Below the pieces are notes generated by a model. The model searched no databases and was not told the origin of the DNA. It saw only the letters and a program-made list of their open reading frames with translations. A DNA stretch of 32,000 nucleotides from Promethearchaeum syntrophicum (GTDB lineage: Archaea; Asgardarchaeota; Lokiarchaeia; Sigyniarchaeales; Promethearchaeaceae). Location: positions 2,910,001 to 2,942,000 of the forward strand of contig NZ_CP042905.2 in the NCBI RefSeq assembly GCF_008000775.2, given 5' to 3'. This document shows positions 1-10,260 of this stretch, one piece after another. Every line of letters begins with the position of its first letter. The first letter of the stretch is position 1. Made by a program: the position numbers and the translations under genes.

Positions 1-939
1 AACTAATTCTAGTGCTTCTCTTATAGTTTTTTTGGCTTTTTGAAATTGACCCTGTACTAACCAATAATTTGCTAGAGTTTGTAAAGCTAATATTTTTCCT
101 TGAGGATCATAAAAATCTTCATATATTTCAAAAGCGGAGTTCAACATCTGATATGCTTTTTTTAATTCACCCAGATCAATCCAATAATTTGCATAACTTA
201 CACTCATGGATGCAATATTTGCTACATAATTCAATTTTTTCGCTAATTCTAACCCTTCTTCTAAATGTTTGAAACCTGTGGTATATTCACCCATAAGCCT
301 CAGTGCATCAGATATGTTACTTTGAAAAGAACATACTCCCCGATAAAAATTCAATTTTTTCGCTTTTTCAATACTTAATCTTGAAAATTTGACAGATTTT
401 TCCATTTCTCCTCTTAATAAATAAATTAAAGCACTATTTCCAAGAGCCATTGTATACATTATGGTTTCCTTATTCTTGGTAAGTCTCATTGTATTCTTGT
501 AACGTTCCAAACTTTTAACAAATTCACCCTTTGCAAAATAAAGGCTTCCAAGACAGTTGTTAGCTTGAGCTTCTTTTTCAGGTAAAGATAATTTCTTAAA
601 AATCTCTATTGCTTGCGTACAATTCGAAATTCCTTCACCTAAATTGCTTGAATAAATATTACAAATTCCTTTTCCAAGCATTGCCTCAGCGATTTCTCTT
701 TGAAAATTATGGACACTGGCTTTTTTCAAAACTTCCTCATAAAGTTTAAGAGATTCATTGATTTTAGTTTGTGAAAAAAGTGAATATGCAAGAGAAATTT
801 TGATTTGAAGATCTTCTCGATTACTGTTATCCTTTGCTAGAAGCTCACGTAAAGTGATTTCACTTTGTTGTGGATTGCTGACTACTAATTCCCTTGCTTT
901 TTCCAATTCAATTGAGAGTTTCTTTTGTTTTTCTGGCAA
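1..939 (-). CDS. TPR-repeat protein, partial (C-terminus runs off the window start)
   Basis: Absent from the supplied ORF track because it has no in-window stop. A hand scan of plus-strand triplets 1-960 in this frame finds no tta/cta/tca, and TAA at 963-961 closes the frame upstream. The first start candidate is TTG at 939-937. The translation (..NCLGSLYFAKGEFVKSLERYKNTM.., ..LANYWLVQGQFQKAKKTIREALEL..) shows repeated ~34-aa helical hairpins with the TPR A/G/Y/L pattern. Confidence 0.6.
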   Translation of the reverse strand, partial: MPEKQKKLSIELEKARELVVSNPQQSEITLRELLAKDNSNREDLQIKISLAYSLFSQTKINESLKLYEEVLKKASVHNFQREIAEAMLGKGICNIYSSNLGEGISNCTQAIEIFKKLSLPEKEAQANNCLGSLYFAKGEFVKSLERYKNTMRLTKNKETIMYTMALGNSALIYLLRGEMEKSVKFSRLSIEKAKKLNFYRGVCSFQSNISDALRLMGEYTTGFKHLEEGLELAKKLNYVANIASMSVSYANYWIDLGELKKAYQMLNSAFEIYEDFYDPQGKILALQTLANYWLVQGQFQKAKKTIREALELV

Positions 940-1255
940 AATGAACCTACCTAGTGTGGTTTAAGGGGGAGAATCCTTTCAAAGAGAAAGTTGTAATTTC
1001 TCTCAAAATATTCAGTTTTGATTTATTCGTGAATATCATAAAGAGAATTATAGAACAATCAATGCTATTATCGTAATCAAACCTAAAAATTCTACTTTTT
1101 GAAATGAAATTAAGTGGTTTCAAATAATCTGGAAAGTTTTAAACCTAAAACAACACATTGTGAAATTGGCCGAAAATAATCCTTCACTAACATTCGTAAA
1201 TATATTTAAAAAATCTCTTTAATTTTAGTCATGCGTAGAGAATTTGATGTAAACC

Positions 1256-2479
1256 TTAAAGAAAAGCAATTAATAATGCTATGATTGTAATTAAACTTAA
1301 AAATCCTAAACCCAAATAAGAAAACAGGAAGTTCTTAAAATATTTTATTTTGAACTCTATGGCTTCATAAGGGCATAATTCAGCACAGCAATAACATGAA
1401 ATGCATTTTTCTTTATCCCAAATTGGAATAAATTCTCCAATTTTTAATTTCTCAGGAGATGCTAAAGCATCCACTGGACAATTTTTCCAGCAAGTCCCAC
1501 ATAATTGACATTTTTCAACATCTATCTTAATTGTTGATTTGAAAATTTTATCACCAATATATTCAGCTATTTGTCGAGGTAATCGAAGACTAATTGGCAT
1601 AACTCTAGGAAGTTTGAAAGGACGGAAAACAGATTCAATGGTTTGACCTACAATTTTAAATTCATCTAAATCTGAACTCCCAATTCCTTTGGCTACTCCC
1701 TTTTTAATATATTTAACTTTAGCTGGATCTAATCCTATAATTTTACAAACTAAAGTATCCATAGCGACTCCATCATATCCTGCAACAATGATTTTCAAAT
1801 CGTCTACTACATCACCTGCACCAGGCCCATTTCCTTCCATAGCCAAAAATCCATCAATAACAGTTAATTGAGGTTTTGAAACGGAATAAATATCCACTAA
1901 AGCAGAGGCAAATTGGTCAATTGCCGGAAACCGAGCATGTTTTTCTGCCTTTTTAGTCAATATTATTGTTCCAAACATATTTTTAATACAGCAAGTAAGA
2001 GTACATTGAGAATGAGTTTTTATTTTTGGAAGATTAATTATTAAATCAACCTCTTCTAAAAGTTTTGTACTCGCGATTTCGTTTAAAATTAATGGGTTGG
2101 GCACGGGATAGATTTTACGTTCTGTTTTTTCAAATGCTATTGCAATTGCGTCTTCTTCATCGCAAACTGCTTGAATACCGCAGGTTTTAAGTGCTACAGC
2201 TGTAGAATTGAGGGAACTTCCTCCTGAAGAATCTCCCACATATATTTTGGAAGGATTAAATTGCTTTAACCAATGAATTACTGCTCGAACAACTAAAGGA
2301 TGGGTTGTAACAGCTCTCTCAGGAGGTTTTGCACTTAATAGATTTGCTTTTAGTAGAATTTTCATACCTTCTTGTTTCATTAGTGATTTTGCTTTTATTG
2401 CATTTAATGCATCGAAAACTGCTTTTTCGACATTATCTTCAACGATCTTTTGAATTGTAATTATTTTTTGTAAGGACAT
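1256..2479 (-). CDS. DUF362-family protein with C-terminal 2x[4Fe-4S] ferredoxin domain and a terminal TM helix
   Basis: 407-aa ORF with an ATG start. Two ferredoxin cluster motifs are present (CQLCGTCWKNCP and CISCYCCAELCP). The N-terminal ~300 aa has the DUF362-like pattern (LKANLL, THP, VGDSSGG) as I recall it. A hydrophobic C-terminal helix is present (LGLGFLSLITIIALLIAFL). Confidence 0.7.
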   Translation of the reverse strand: MSLQKIITIQKIVEDNVEKAVFDALNAIKAKSLMKQEGMKILLKANLLSAKPPERAVTTHPLVVRAVIHWLKQFNPSKIYVGDSSGGSSLNSTAVALKTCGIQAVCDEEDAIAIAFEKTERKIYPVPNPLILNEIASTKLLEEVDLIINLPKIKTHSQCTLTCCIKNMFGTIILTKKAEKHARFPAIDQFASALVDIYSVSKPQLTVIDGFLAMEGNGPGAGDVVDDLKIIVAGYDGVAMDTLVCKIIGLDPAKVKYIKKGVAKGIGSSDLDEFKIVGQTIESVFRPFKLPRVMPISLRLPRQIAEYIGDKIFKSTIKIDVEKCQLCGTCWKNCPVDALASPEKLKIGEFIPIWDKEKCISCYCCAELCPYEAIEFKIKYFKNFLFSYLGLGFLSLITIIALLIAFL

Positions 2480-2515
2480 GCTATTTTCAACTTATTTTTA
2501 TTTAATAATAGAAGT

Positions 2516-2537
2516 AAAAAAAAGAAGAATAAAAAAA
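2516..2537 (-). terminator. oligo-T tract pair downstream of operon A
   Basis: On the minus strand, a T7 run (2537-2531) and a T8 run (2523-2516) begin 24 nt after the TGA of the 1145-aa gene. Archaeal termination typically uses oligo-T tracts. Confidence 0.4.
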
Positions 2538-2560
2538 TATTCATTATATATTTTAGATTT

Positions 2561-5500
2561 TCAATCTTTTTTTGGTTTTTTTGATTTTTTCTTAGGTAAT
2601 TCTTTAATCTTTGGTTTTCTTAGATATCTAATTTTCTTAGGTTTTTGATCCTTTGAAATTGGTTGAAGATCGCCATTTTCGATATCATTAGGTTTTACAA
2701 ATTGATCAGGTTTTAGTTTCTCAATTTTCTGGATTGGTCCTACCTTTTTAGGTTGTTCAGCTTTAGGTAATTCCAAATTTTCCTCTAAACTTGATAGTTT
2801 TCCTTCGATATCAAGTTTCTTTTCTACCTTCGGAATTTTAGGAGTTTTCTTTTGTGATTCTTTTATTGGGGGTTTTTCACCACTAAAATTCTTCTTTACA
2901 TCTCCCTTAGTTATTGATTTTTGATCACTTATGGGAATATGATGAACTTTCAATAATGATTTGTTTCTTGAAGGTAAGGTACCTTTCGTTCTTATTTTAT
3001 AATCTTCAATAAATAATTCATCAGCATTCTTCACGGAAAGTACTTTTTCAGCTCCCTTTCCTTTGGATATTGCTTTATTTAAACTTCTAATTTCTCGAAT
3101 TATTTTTGGATATTTAAAGTGCTGTTGATATGCTATAAACATACCTATCAACCCAACCATTAAAACTCCCATGATATAGAGGAGAAATGCAGGTATTCCT
3201 CCTTCTTGGGGGGCAATCACATTTAAAGTCATTTGAAATTTCTGAAAATTATAATTTCCCCCTTCCTTATAGACAAAAATATCAATTGTATAAATTCCTT
3301 CTTGAATATTTCTCAAATTTGTCGAATATTCACCAGGATTAGATTCTTCCATTTCACCTTCACCATATTTCCATGTGAACGTAACCTCACAACCTTCTAC
3401 ATATCCCCCATAATCTAAATCTTCGATGAATATCGTAGGATCAAAATTTCTTCCCGGTAAAATAGTAAAACTATTATTTTGATTAATTGAGGTGATATTG
3501 GTTTCAATTTGTCGAATTTTTATTTCATTTAATATGGTTTTTTGCTCAAACCCATATTTACTAGCAGTGATTTCTATTGAATAAATTTGATTCACACCAG
3601 TATTGGTATTATTGCAATGAATTTGATAATCCCCATTATTAATTTCATTAACGATGAAATTATCTTCCCAAGTTACGTCAATATTACAACCAGTTATTCC
3701 TAGTCCTGAAGTTTCTTCTTTAAAATTTAGATTTATAATAAAACTCTGATTCAGTGCTACAGTTAATCTGGGAAATTCTTCAACATCCAATATTGTCTTC
3801 AATTCAACTTCAACAACAATATTACTTGATGTACTTGCATAAAGAGGATGACTAGCTTCAATATTTAATGTATTATTTCCAGGATTTATGGAAGGTGCTG
3901 TGAGTTCTGTGAAATAATATCCCGGAGCAATTTCATTCAATGTTTGTAAACCATTTGTCAAATTCAAGAATGTCAAAGTTGCCGATTCAATAGCTTCTCC
4001 GGAAACAATATCAAAGAAATTAATTCGTAAAGATGTTGTAGATCCCTCAATAAAATGGTCGATAAAATCATCATCAGGAATTAAAATGGAATAGTGTTTA
4101 ATAGTTATGTGTGTATAGGCCATGCCAGTTTCATTAATTGGGTTGATACCATCAGTGTTATTCCACGAAACAAAGACATCATAATCGCCCACAATATAGT
4201 CTGGACCATTTTCAGGAATTTGAATTGGACTAAACTGAATTGTTCCATCAGCTAATACAGCAATTTCTTCTGATTTAGAAATCCATTTAGTTCCGTTTGG
4301 GAAAAATATATCAAGGTTTGCATGGGTGCTGGATAAATCAGTAAAATTGACTCCTGAAGTTTTAACTTGAGCAGTGATGTTTAGGTATTCGCCAGAGAAG
4401 TAAGTGTTATTCACGCTCCAATCACTTGGACCGGGAGTACCTGTTGTATTTTTTGATGTAACAAGATTTTGGATATAATTTGGAGATTGTGCATTGAATT
4501 TCCAAAAACCATCTGGTGTTGCTGAAAGATTGTTTACGGGGATTATTAATTGACCAGGTTTAGAAATATCACACTCTGTGATATTATTATCTGTTGGTAA
4601 TTGCGGTGTCGAAACCCAAGTAATTGTCCAATCACTTGGAAAATAAAGTGTAAAATTTTCTTCAGCATACCCAGTCGGAACTGAAAAATACGAATAAAAT
4701 TCCCAATTTGCGTCTGAAGCATTTGCAATGGAAAAAGATGTACCAGGTGATCCAGAATTTGTTTCATAATTTGTTGTAGGACTTGTTTTTTGGGCATATA
4801 AATTAAAATCAGAATTAAAATCAACTGTGTAATCGTAATATGGACTATCATCTGCAGTAAAATTAGCATAAACTGGTGTTGTGGTCCAGCTACTAAGTTG
4901 TGATATTGTTCCCACACCAAAATCAGAGGATAAAATAGAATTTGTGTTCATTTTCAATCCAATTTGTTCAGCTTTTACAGAAGCTTTTACTTCTAATTCA
5001 ATATTTGCTAAAAATACTTGTTGGTGCGAGATATGTGTAAAACCATCTGAGTAACTAGCATCTGTCGCAATATATTGTAATCTTACTGCAATTGAATGAC
5101 TCGTTTCATTAAGTTGAGAAGTAAAAACATTAGTTGTATTTACCCAAATCCCCATTGGAATACTAAAATCATGCCATAGGGATTCTCCATAATTTTTCAA
5201 TGAATAAGTCCCAATAGAATAAATCATAACCGTATCGACATAAAATCTGATTTCCCAAGAATTAAAATTAGCTAAATAATTTGGATTTGCTTGAAAATTT
5301 AAATTTGAATCTTCTATTTGACCTCTATCAATATTAAAAGTGGAATTCCATTGACAGTAGTCTCCTTCATGATAGGAATAATAACCCGCCAACTGTGCAG
5401 CATTACCTTCCATGACTAACTCCAACGCATCTCTTCCTGTCGATGATGCTGAATCATAATAATTTCCAGACATCAAATTAGCAGTTCCGGTATCAATATC

Positions 5501-5998
5501 TGAAAATGTCCAATTTTGGAAAGAATTCTGAATATCCACACTATCATCTTCAGTGAATAGATAGGTTCCGTCATCGTTCCCATAATTAAATGTCCCATTT
5601 ACCCAATTTCTGGTGTCTCTTAAATTAGTAATATCAGAATTTAATTTAGTACCTTCCCAATTTTCACCTAATGGTATTTGGTGCGATGCTTGACTCCCAT
5701 TTGTGAATGTTAAATCTATATCTGAATCAGTTCGGTTAGCATTATGTAGTAAATCCAATGATTGCCCGATTCCAGTATATTCATCAACTAAAATATCCGA
5801 GGAAACTGGAGAATCAATAATTTGAACGTTTTTGCTGATATCGTTTGAATCTGATTTTTTCTCAAAAGAATTGGACAAATTATCAACTTTAAAAACTAAG
5901 AAAAAAAATAAAAACCCTACAATAATTAAAGTTTTTAATTTTCTCTCAGTCTTTCCTTTCGACTTAATTTTTCTATTTCTTACATTTATCTTGTTCAT
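2561..5998 (-). CDS. giant surface protein A2: signal anchor, N-x-S/T-rich ectodomain, single TM, 188-aa Lys/Pro/Glu-rich cytoplasmic tail
   Basis: 1145-aa ORF. Its ATG overlaps the upstream stop (ATGA at 5998-5995). It has an N-terminal hydrophobic anchor (LKTLIIVGFLFFFLVF), more than 20 N-x-S/T sequons by eye, and a TM helix (IPAFLLYIMGVLMVGLIGMFIAY). The juxtamembrane motif YPKIIREIRSLNKAISKGK follows the TM. The tail is paralogous to that of the upstream gene. Confidence 0.85.
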   Translation of the reverse strand: MNKINVRNRKIKSKGKTERKLKTLIIVGFLFFFLVFKVDNLSNSFEKKSDSNDISKNVQIIDSPVSSDILVDEYTGIGQSLDLLHNANRTDSDIDLTFTNGSQASHQIPLGENWEGTKLNSDITNLRDTRNWVNGTFNYGNDDGTYLFTEDDSVDIQNSFQNWTFSDIDTGTANLMSGNYYDSASSTGRDALELVMEGNAAQLAGYYSYHEGDYCQWNSTFNIDRGQIEDSNLNFQANPNYLANFNSWEIRFYVDTVMIYSIGTYSLKNYGESLWHDFSIPMGIWVNTTNVFTSQLNETSHSIAVRLQYIATDASYSDGFTHISHQQVFLANIELEVKASVKAEQIGLKMNTNSILSSDFGVGTISQLSSWTTTPVYANFTADDSPYYDYTVDFNSDFNLYAQKTSPTTNYETNSGSPGTSFSIANASDANWEFYSYFSVPTGYAEENFTLYFPSDWTITWVSTPQLPTDNNITECDISKPGQLIIPVNNLSATPDGFWKFNAQSPNYIQNLVTSKNTTGTPGPSDWSVNNTYFSGEYLNITAQVKTSGVNFTDLSSTHANLDIFFPNGTKWISKSEEIAVLADGTIQFSPIQIPENGPDYIVGDYDVFVSWNNTDGINPINETGMAYTHITIKHYSILIPDDDFIDHFIEGSTTSLRINFFDIVSGEAIESATLTFLNLTNGLQTLNEIAPGYYFTELTAPSINPGNNTLNIEASHPLYASTSSNIVVEVELKTILDVEEFPRLTVALNQSFIINLNFKEETSGLGITGCNIDVTWEDNFIVNEINNGDYQIHCNNTNTGVNQIYSIEITASKYGFEQKTILNEIKIRQIETNITSINQNNSFTILPGRNFDPTIFIEDLDYGGYVEGCEVTFTWKYGEGEMEESNPGEYSTNLRNIQEGIYTIDIFVYKEGGNYNFQKFQMTLNVIAPQEGGIPAFLLYIMGVLMVGLIGMFIAYQQHFKYPKIIREIRSLNKAISKGKGAEKVLSVKNADELFIEDYKIRTKGTLPSRNKSLLKVHHIPISDQKSITKGDVKKNFSGEKPPIKESQKKTPKIPKVEKKLDIEGKLSSLEENLELPKAEQPKKVGPIQKIEKLKPDQFVKPNDIENGDLQPISKDQKPKKIRYLRKPKIKELPKKKSKKPKKD

Positions 5999-8016
5999 TT
6001 TTCATCAGTTTTATTTTTTGGTAAATCTTCAACTTTTGGTTTTCTTAGATATCTAATTTTTTTTGGTTTTTGTCTCATTGATATGGGATTAAGATCACTT
6101 TCTTCGATATTATGAGGCTTTACAAATTGATCGGGTTTTAATTTCTCAATTTTTTGGGTTATTATTACTTTTTTGGGCAGTTCAGCTTTAGGTAATTCCA
6201 AATTTTCCTCTAAGCTCGATGGTTTTTTAGAAATTTCTGGTATTTTTACCTCTTTTGATATTTTAGGAGTGATTATTTCTTTTTCTTTTAAAAGTGCTTC
6301 TTCAACTTTTAACTCTTTTTTAACATCTCCCTTAGTTATTGACTTCTGAACACTTTCTCGAACCCCACGACCTTTCAAATTTGTTTCATTTATTGAAGTC
6401 ACGGATCCTTTTGCTTTGGCAATATAATCCTGAACAAATAAATCATCAGATATTTTCACAGATAACACTTTTTCAGCCGCTTTTCCTTTACGTATAGCTT
6501 TTCCTAAACTTCTAATTTCTCGAATAATTTTTGGGTATTTGAAGTATTGTTGATAGGCAACAAATGAGGTAATTAATCCAACAATAATAAAACCCATAAT
6601 ATAAAAGACGAAATCTGGAATCGATTCCAAAACCGTTGGAATAGGAATATTTCGCTCTACCACTGTAAAAGATGTTGTTAAATTGACATTATCAAACGTT
6701 ACTGTTACATTTTCATTTAAATGAAAATTATCGGCAACAAATAATTGTAACTTCAGTGTTATATTTTCAGTTTCATCTATAAGAGTGGGAGATATGTCAA
6801 AATTTTCACGCTGGAAGGTTGAAGAGAATTCAGTTAATTTAATTGTTTTAGAAAGCAGAACTTGATTAACATAAACTCTGATTTCGGAATTTATAGATGA
6901 AGTAGGCCATAATGGAGAAATTTTATAGTCAAAATAAAGAGAAGCATTATTTATAATAAAAAATCCAACATCACCCAATTCATATTCACCGTTATCAATT
7001 TTATTACCTGTTTGATCCCATGATGCCGATGTTAATTGATCAATTTTCTTTTCATATGTAAATGTAAAATTTACATTTTTTATCCGTAGGTTATTCCAAT
7101 AATCATAATCGGTACCAGCATTATCTTCACAGAATATATCCATACCTAAAATAACAGTAAAGTTCTCCCAATCATGAGAAAAAACTGAAGATAAATAAAA
7201 TTTAATGTTATCTTCTAAAACCATGTTCATATATTTTTCAATTTCAAGAGTGTTGGTTACTGCATCAACATAATATCCCAATTCAGATGATTGGTAATAT
7301 GCAATTTCATAGATATTCTCTAATAATGGATCTGCAATTGATACATAAAACCTAACATGATCGTACACAAATCCTTGAGTGGTTTGAGTTTCCCCAGAAT
7401 ACACATTCGGATCAACATCAATATTAGAATTAACACTTGCATTAATTAATGCACTAACATTAGCAGATGTAATTTGATAATCCGACATATTATTAGGCAT
7501 TGTAAAATTTTGAACCCAAAGAACACTAGGTAATTGTCTAGGCCCTTCTCGCCAACTATGATTTGCCCAACACCCAAATTCATCCATTCCATAAGAATCT
7601 TGCAGAGAATTATATGGCCATTCTGGATAGGCAGGAAAAGCAGGATTATGGATTGCAGTCCAATTTGTACTATCTGGGATTCCACTTACATTTGAAAATT
7701 CGTAATTTTCTCCTATAACTATATTATTAGCTTGATCATTTTCTAAATATTGGTTGATATCTGAGACATCTCCGTCTTCTTCCATGATCCATGGAGAATA
7801 AGAAGGTTCAAAACTAAAATTAGGATCCATAACCATAAGTTTAGAGAAATCTGTTCTATTTTCTATGTAAGAATCCGCAGGTGTTTCAATTTCTAAAGCT
7901 TTTGAATTTCCTATAAAATTTGGGAGAATGATTAAACTAATAAGAATTCCTGATACAAAAATATAAAGAAGTAAGTGGTTTTTTAATTTTTTATTTTTCA
8001 AAATGCTTCCCCCCAT
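5995..8016 (-). CDS. giant surface protein A1 (paralogue of A2): signal anchor, sequon-rich ectodomain, TM, 185-aa conserved cytoplasmic tail
   Basis: The track ORF starts at TTG 8046. I prefer ATG 8016 (MGGSILKNKKLKNHLLLYIFVSGILISLIIL), which lies 2 nt after the TAA of the upstream gene. The TM (FVFYIMGFIIVGLITSFVAY) and the tail (YPKIIREIRSLGKAIRKGK...QKPKKIRYLRKPK) are roughly two-thirds identical to A2 by eye. Confidence 0.8.
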   Translation of the reverse strand: MGGSILKNKKLKNHLLLYIFVSGILISLIILPNFIGNSKALEIETPADSYIENRTDFSKLMVMDPNFSFEPSYSPWIMEEDGDVSDINQYLENDQANNIVIGENYEFSNVSGIPDSTNWTAIHNPAFPAYPEWPYNSLQDSYGMDEFGCWANHSWREGPRQLPSVLWVQNFTMPNNMSDYQITSANVSALINASVNSNIDVDPNVYSGETQTTQGFVYDHVRFYVSIADPLLENIYEIAYYQSSELGYYVDAVTNTLEIEKYMNMVLEDNIKFYLSSVFSHDWENFTVILGMDIFCEDNAGTDYDYWNNLRIKNVNFTFTYEKKIDQLTSASWDQTGNKIDNGEYELGDVGFFIINNASLYFDYKISPLWPTSSINSEIRVYVNQVLLSKTIKLTEFSSTFQRENFDISPTLIDETENITLKLQLFVADNFHLNENVTVTFDNVNLTTSFTVVERNIPIPTVLESIPDFVFYIMGFIIVGLITSFVAYQQYFKYPKIIREIRSLGKAIRKGKAAEKVLSVKISDDLFVQDYIAKAKGSVTSINETNLKGRGVRESVQKSITKGDVKKELKVEEALLKEKEIITPKISKEVKIPEISKKPSSLEENLELPKAELPKKVIITQKIEKLKPDQFVKPHNIEESDLNPISMRQKPKKIRYLRKPKVEDLPKNKTDEK

Positions 8017-8018
8017 TC

Positions 8019-10250
8019 TTATTGCTCTAAAACATTCTCTCTCCAAATTTTTAATCTCTTTGATAATATTTTCCTCTTGAAATCATCCATAAAGGGTTTA
8101 CCATGCAAATCATTTATCCAATTTGTTATATCTGATTCAGTTCGAGCAATATTGAGCTTTTTACTAATTAAAGTTTTGATATCCTCCAAACCACTAACAA
8201 GCGTTTTAGGATCACTAACATCTATCGATTTAGATATTTCTTCAATTTTATCAATTATATCCTGTACATCTCCAGAATCATGTTTCGGTGATTCTTTTTT
8301 AACCTTTTTCTCCTCAACAACCTTAAGTGGTTCTTTACTTTGAGAAGGAGTAGGTATAATTGAGGTATCTTTTTTCAATGCGGGACTGAAAGGATCAATT
8401 ACTACAGGTTTGTGTTTTTCTATGGGTTTTTGCCTATCTGCCTGTTTTTGCAAAGAACTTATTGCTTGTGCCCCCAAACCCCCTTTACTTGGCTCACTAG
8501 GTTTTTTCTTGGGTTCCACTGGAATTAAGCGGGGTTGTTCTGATTTTTTAATTGGCTCTTGTTTAATTGGTTTCTTTATAATATCCTTATGGGCACCCAT
8601 CCAAGCGTCTTCTAGGATAGGGACGAAAATTTTAATATGTTCAGTTAAAATACTCCCGATTCCTGCAACTTCCATTTTAAATCCAGATATTCCTCTATTT
8701 ATCTTTATAATACTCAAAATTATCTCTTCATAATCTCTACTTACTCCCCAAAGATTTTGAAGCTTCCGATCTCTGTACGTAATATTATCCACTGAATCAA
8801 AGAATGCCATTTTTTGTTGATGAATAGGATCATCCGGATAAATAGAGCAGCATAATCTGATATTTATATGGTTTCGGACGTGCTTTAGAGGTTCAATATC
8901 AATATCGGAAAGCGTTGGTGCTACAATTAATATCCGCATTTTGGCTCTTGATATTGCATCATTAATTTGAGCCTGCATTCCTTCGGGAGTTTTTATAAAC
9001 CACACATCTTGCATGGTGAAATTAACTACCCGTTTCGATTCATCCCAAAATTCATCAATAGTCGCCGTGCTTAGATCTAATTGCTTTACAATTTTTCCTA
9101 AAATATCATCTAAGGTTATAACTACCTCATCTGAAAATGTGCTTCGTAAATCACCAAATGATTCATTTACTGTATTCGATATGTTCACAATTCTATCTTG
9201 CGTTTGAGTTAAAGTTGCATCAAATTGAGTAATGATAGAATCAAAAGATGTATGTAATTTATCTCCAATTGAATCCGCGTTAGAGGTAATTTCGGTAATA
9301 TCTTCAAGCAAGGTATCCATAATATTTCTAAACTTAGATTCAAATTCTGCTTGAAGTTCACTCCTTATGATTTCCATTTGATTATCAATATTCTTTTGAA
9401 CGACATCTTCTACTGTTTTTATTACAACACCAAGATGCAATTTTTCAAGATTAGTTGTGATTTTCTTAGAGACGATTTCAAATTGATTAAATAAATTTAC
9501 AAAATGTATATCTAGGAGAGAAATACTCTGATCACGCAAATCTTTAATACCCATAATCACTTTTTGTTGTTCCATTAGATTATGTAAACTATTATCAAGC
9601 ACTGTTCTTTGAGAGGATAATTGTTTGGAAACATCTGTTTTCATTTGATTTAAGTAGTCTATAAATTCGCTAAGAGTTTTAGCACCCTTACTACTTTCTT
9701 CAAAGGACATAAAAGAAGTTTGAAGGTCAGTCGGAGTAGACATCTTCATTGCAGCGATCATATTTCTAAATTTATCCAATTGGGCCATAAGGGCAGCGTA
9801 AGGAGGTAATGCTTGAAAATAAACAGTAGATCCCGGAATTTCTTTAAATAATCCTTTTTTTACGAATTTATCAGTAATTATTTTTATTTGTTCTATAGGG
9901 TGATTTGCGAGTATAGATAATTCTCCTAAAGACATCGGACCTTTTCCACTGGCCATAAAATAGAGTTGGATTTCTTCTTCACTTAATTCTATGCTCTTTA
10001 AAACTTCTTGGGTGAATTTCGTTGATTTTGGTTTAGTATCCGATTTCACTTCTTCTATTTCGAAAGAATCGACATTAAAACCTTTATTTATCGAAATGGT
10101 TAATTTATGGGCAGGCATGCCATGAATGTTTTCTAATTTTACTGGAAATTGAGCGTGTTCCATTGCTTTTCTATCTATTGGAAAAATTATATCTTTTAAG
10201 CAATGTTTACATCGAAAAGTAATTTCTTTCGGAATTTTGTGGATGTTCAT
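8019..10250 (-). CDS. TrmB-like winged-helix / long helical coiled-coil protein with PLD-like C-terminal module and Lys/Pro-rich linker
   Basis: The track ORF starts at TTG 10271. I prefer ATG 10250, which is preceded by AGGTGA (TAAGGTGAATTATATG) 10 nt after the upstream stop. The wHTH segment LSEEEIQLYFMASGKGPMSLGELSILANHPIEQIKIITDKFVKKGLFKEIPGSTVYFQALPP matches the TrmB HTH pattern. About 250 aa of heptad-like helical sequence follows. The segment WFIKTPEGMQAQINDAISRAKMRILIVAP resembles the PLD-like C-domain of TrmB-family proteins. Confidence 0.6.
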   Translation of the reverse strand: MNIHKIPKEITFRCKHCLKDIIFPIDRKAMEHAQFPVKLENIHGMPAHKLTISINKGFNVDSFEIEEVKSDTKPKSTKFTQEVLKSIELSEEEIQLYFMASGKGPMSLGELSILANHPIEQIKIITDKFVKKGLFKEIPGSTVYFQALPPYAALMAQLDKFRNMIAAMKMSTPTDLQTSFMSFEESSKGAKTLSEFIDYLNQMKTDVSKQLSSQRTVLDNSLHNLMEQQKVIMGIKDLRDQSISLLDIHFVNLFNQFEIVSKKITTNLEKLHLGVVIKTVEDVVQKNIDNQMEIIRSELQAEFESKFRNIMDTLLEDITEITSNADSIGDKLHTSFDSIITQFDATLTQTQDRIVNISNTVNESFGDLRSTFSDEVVITLDDILGKIVKQLDLSTATIDEFWDESKRVVNFTMQDVWFIKTPEGMQAQINDAISRAKMRILIVAPTLSDIDIEPLKHVRNHINIRLCCSIYPDDPIHQQKMAFFDSVDNITYRDRKLQNLWGVSRDYEEIILSIIKINRGISGFKMEVAGIGSILTEHIKIFVPILEDAWMGAHKDIIKKPIKQEPIKKSEQPRLIPVEPKKKPSEPSKGGLGAQAISSLQKQADRQKPIEKHKPVVIDPFSPALKKDTSIIPTPSQSKEPLKVVEEKKVKKESPKHDSGDVQDIIDKIEEISKSIDVSDPKTLVSGLEDIKTLISKKLNIARTESDITNWINDLHGKPFMDDFKRKILSKRLKIWRENVLEQ

Positions 10251-10260
10251 ATAATTCACC

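Noticed and set aside
69-272. 67-aa plus-strand ORF from the track
   Set aside because: It lies entirely antisense to a 960-nt open TPR-encoding frame. It starts at TTG and its sequence is low-complexity. It is probably a shadow ORF.
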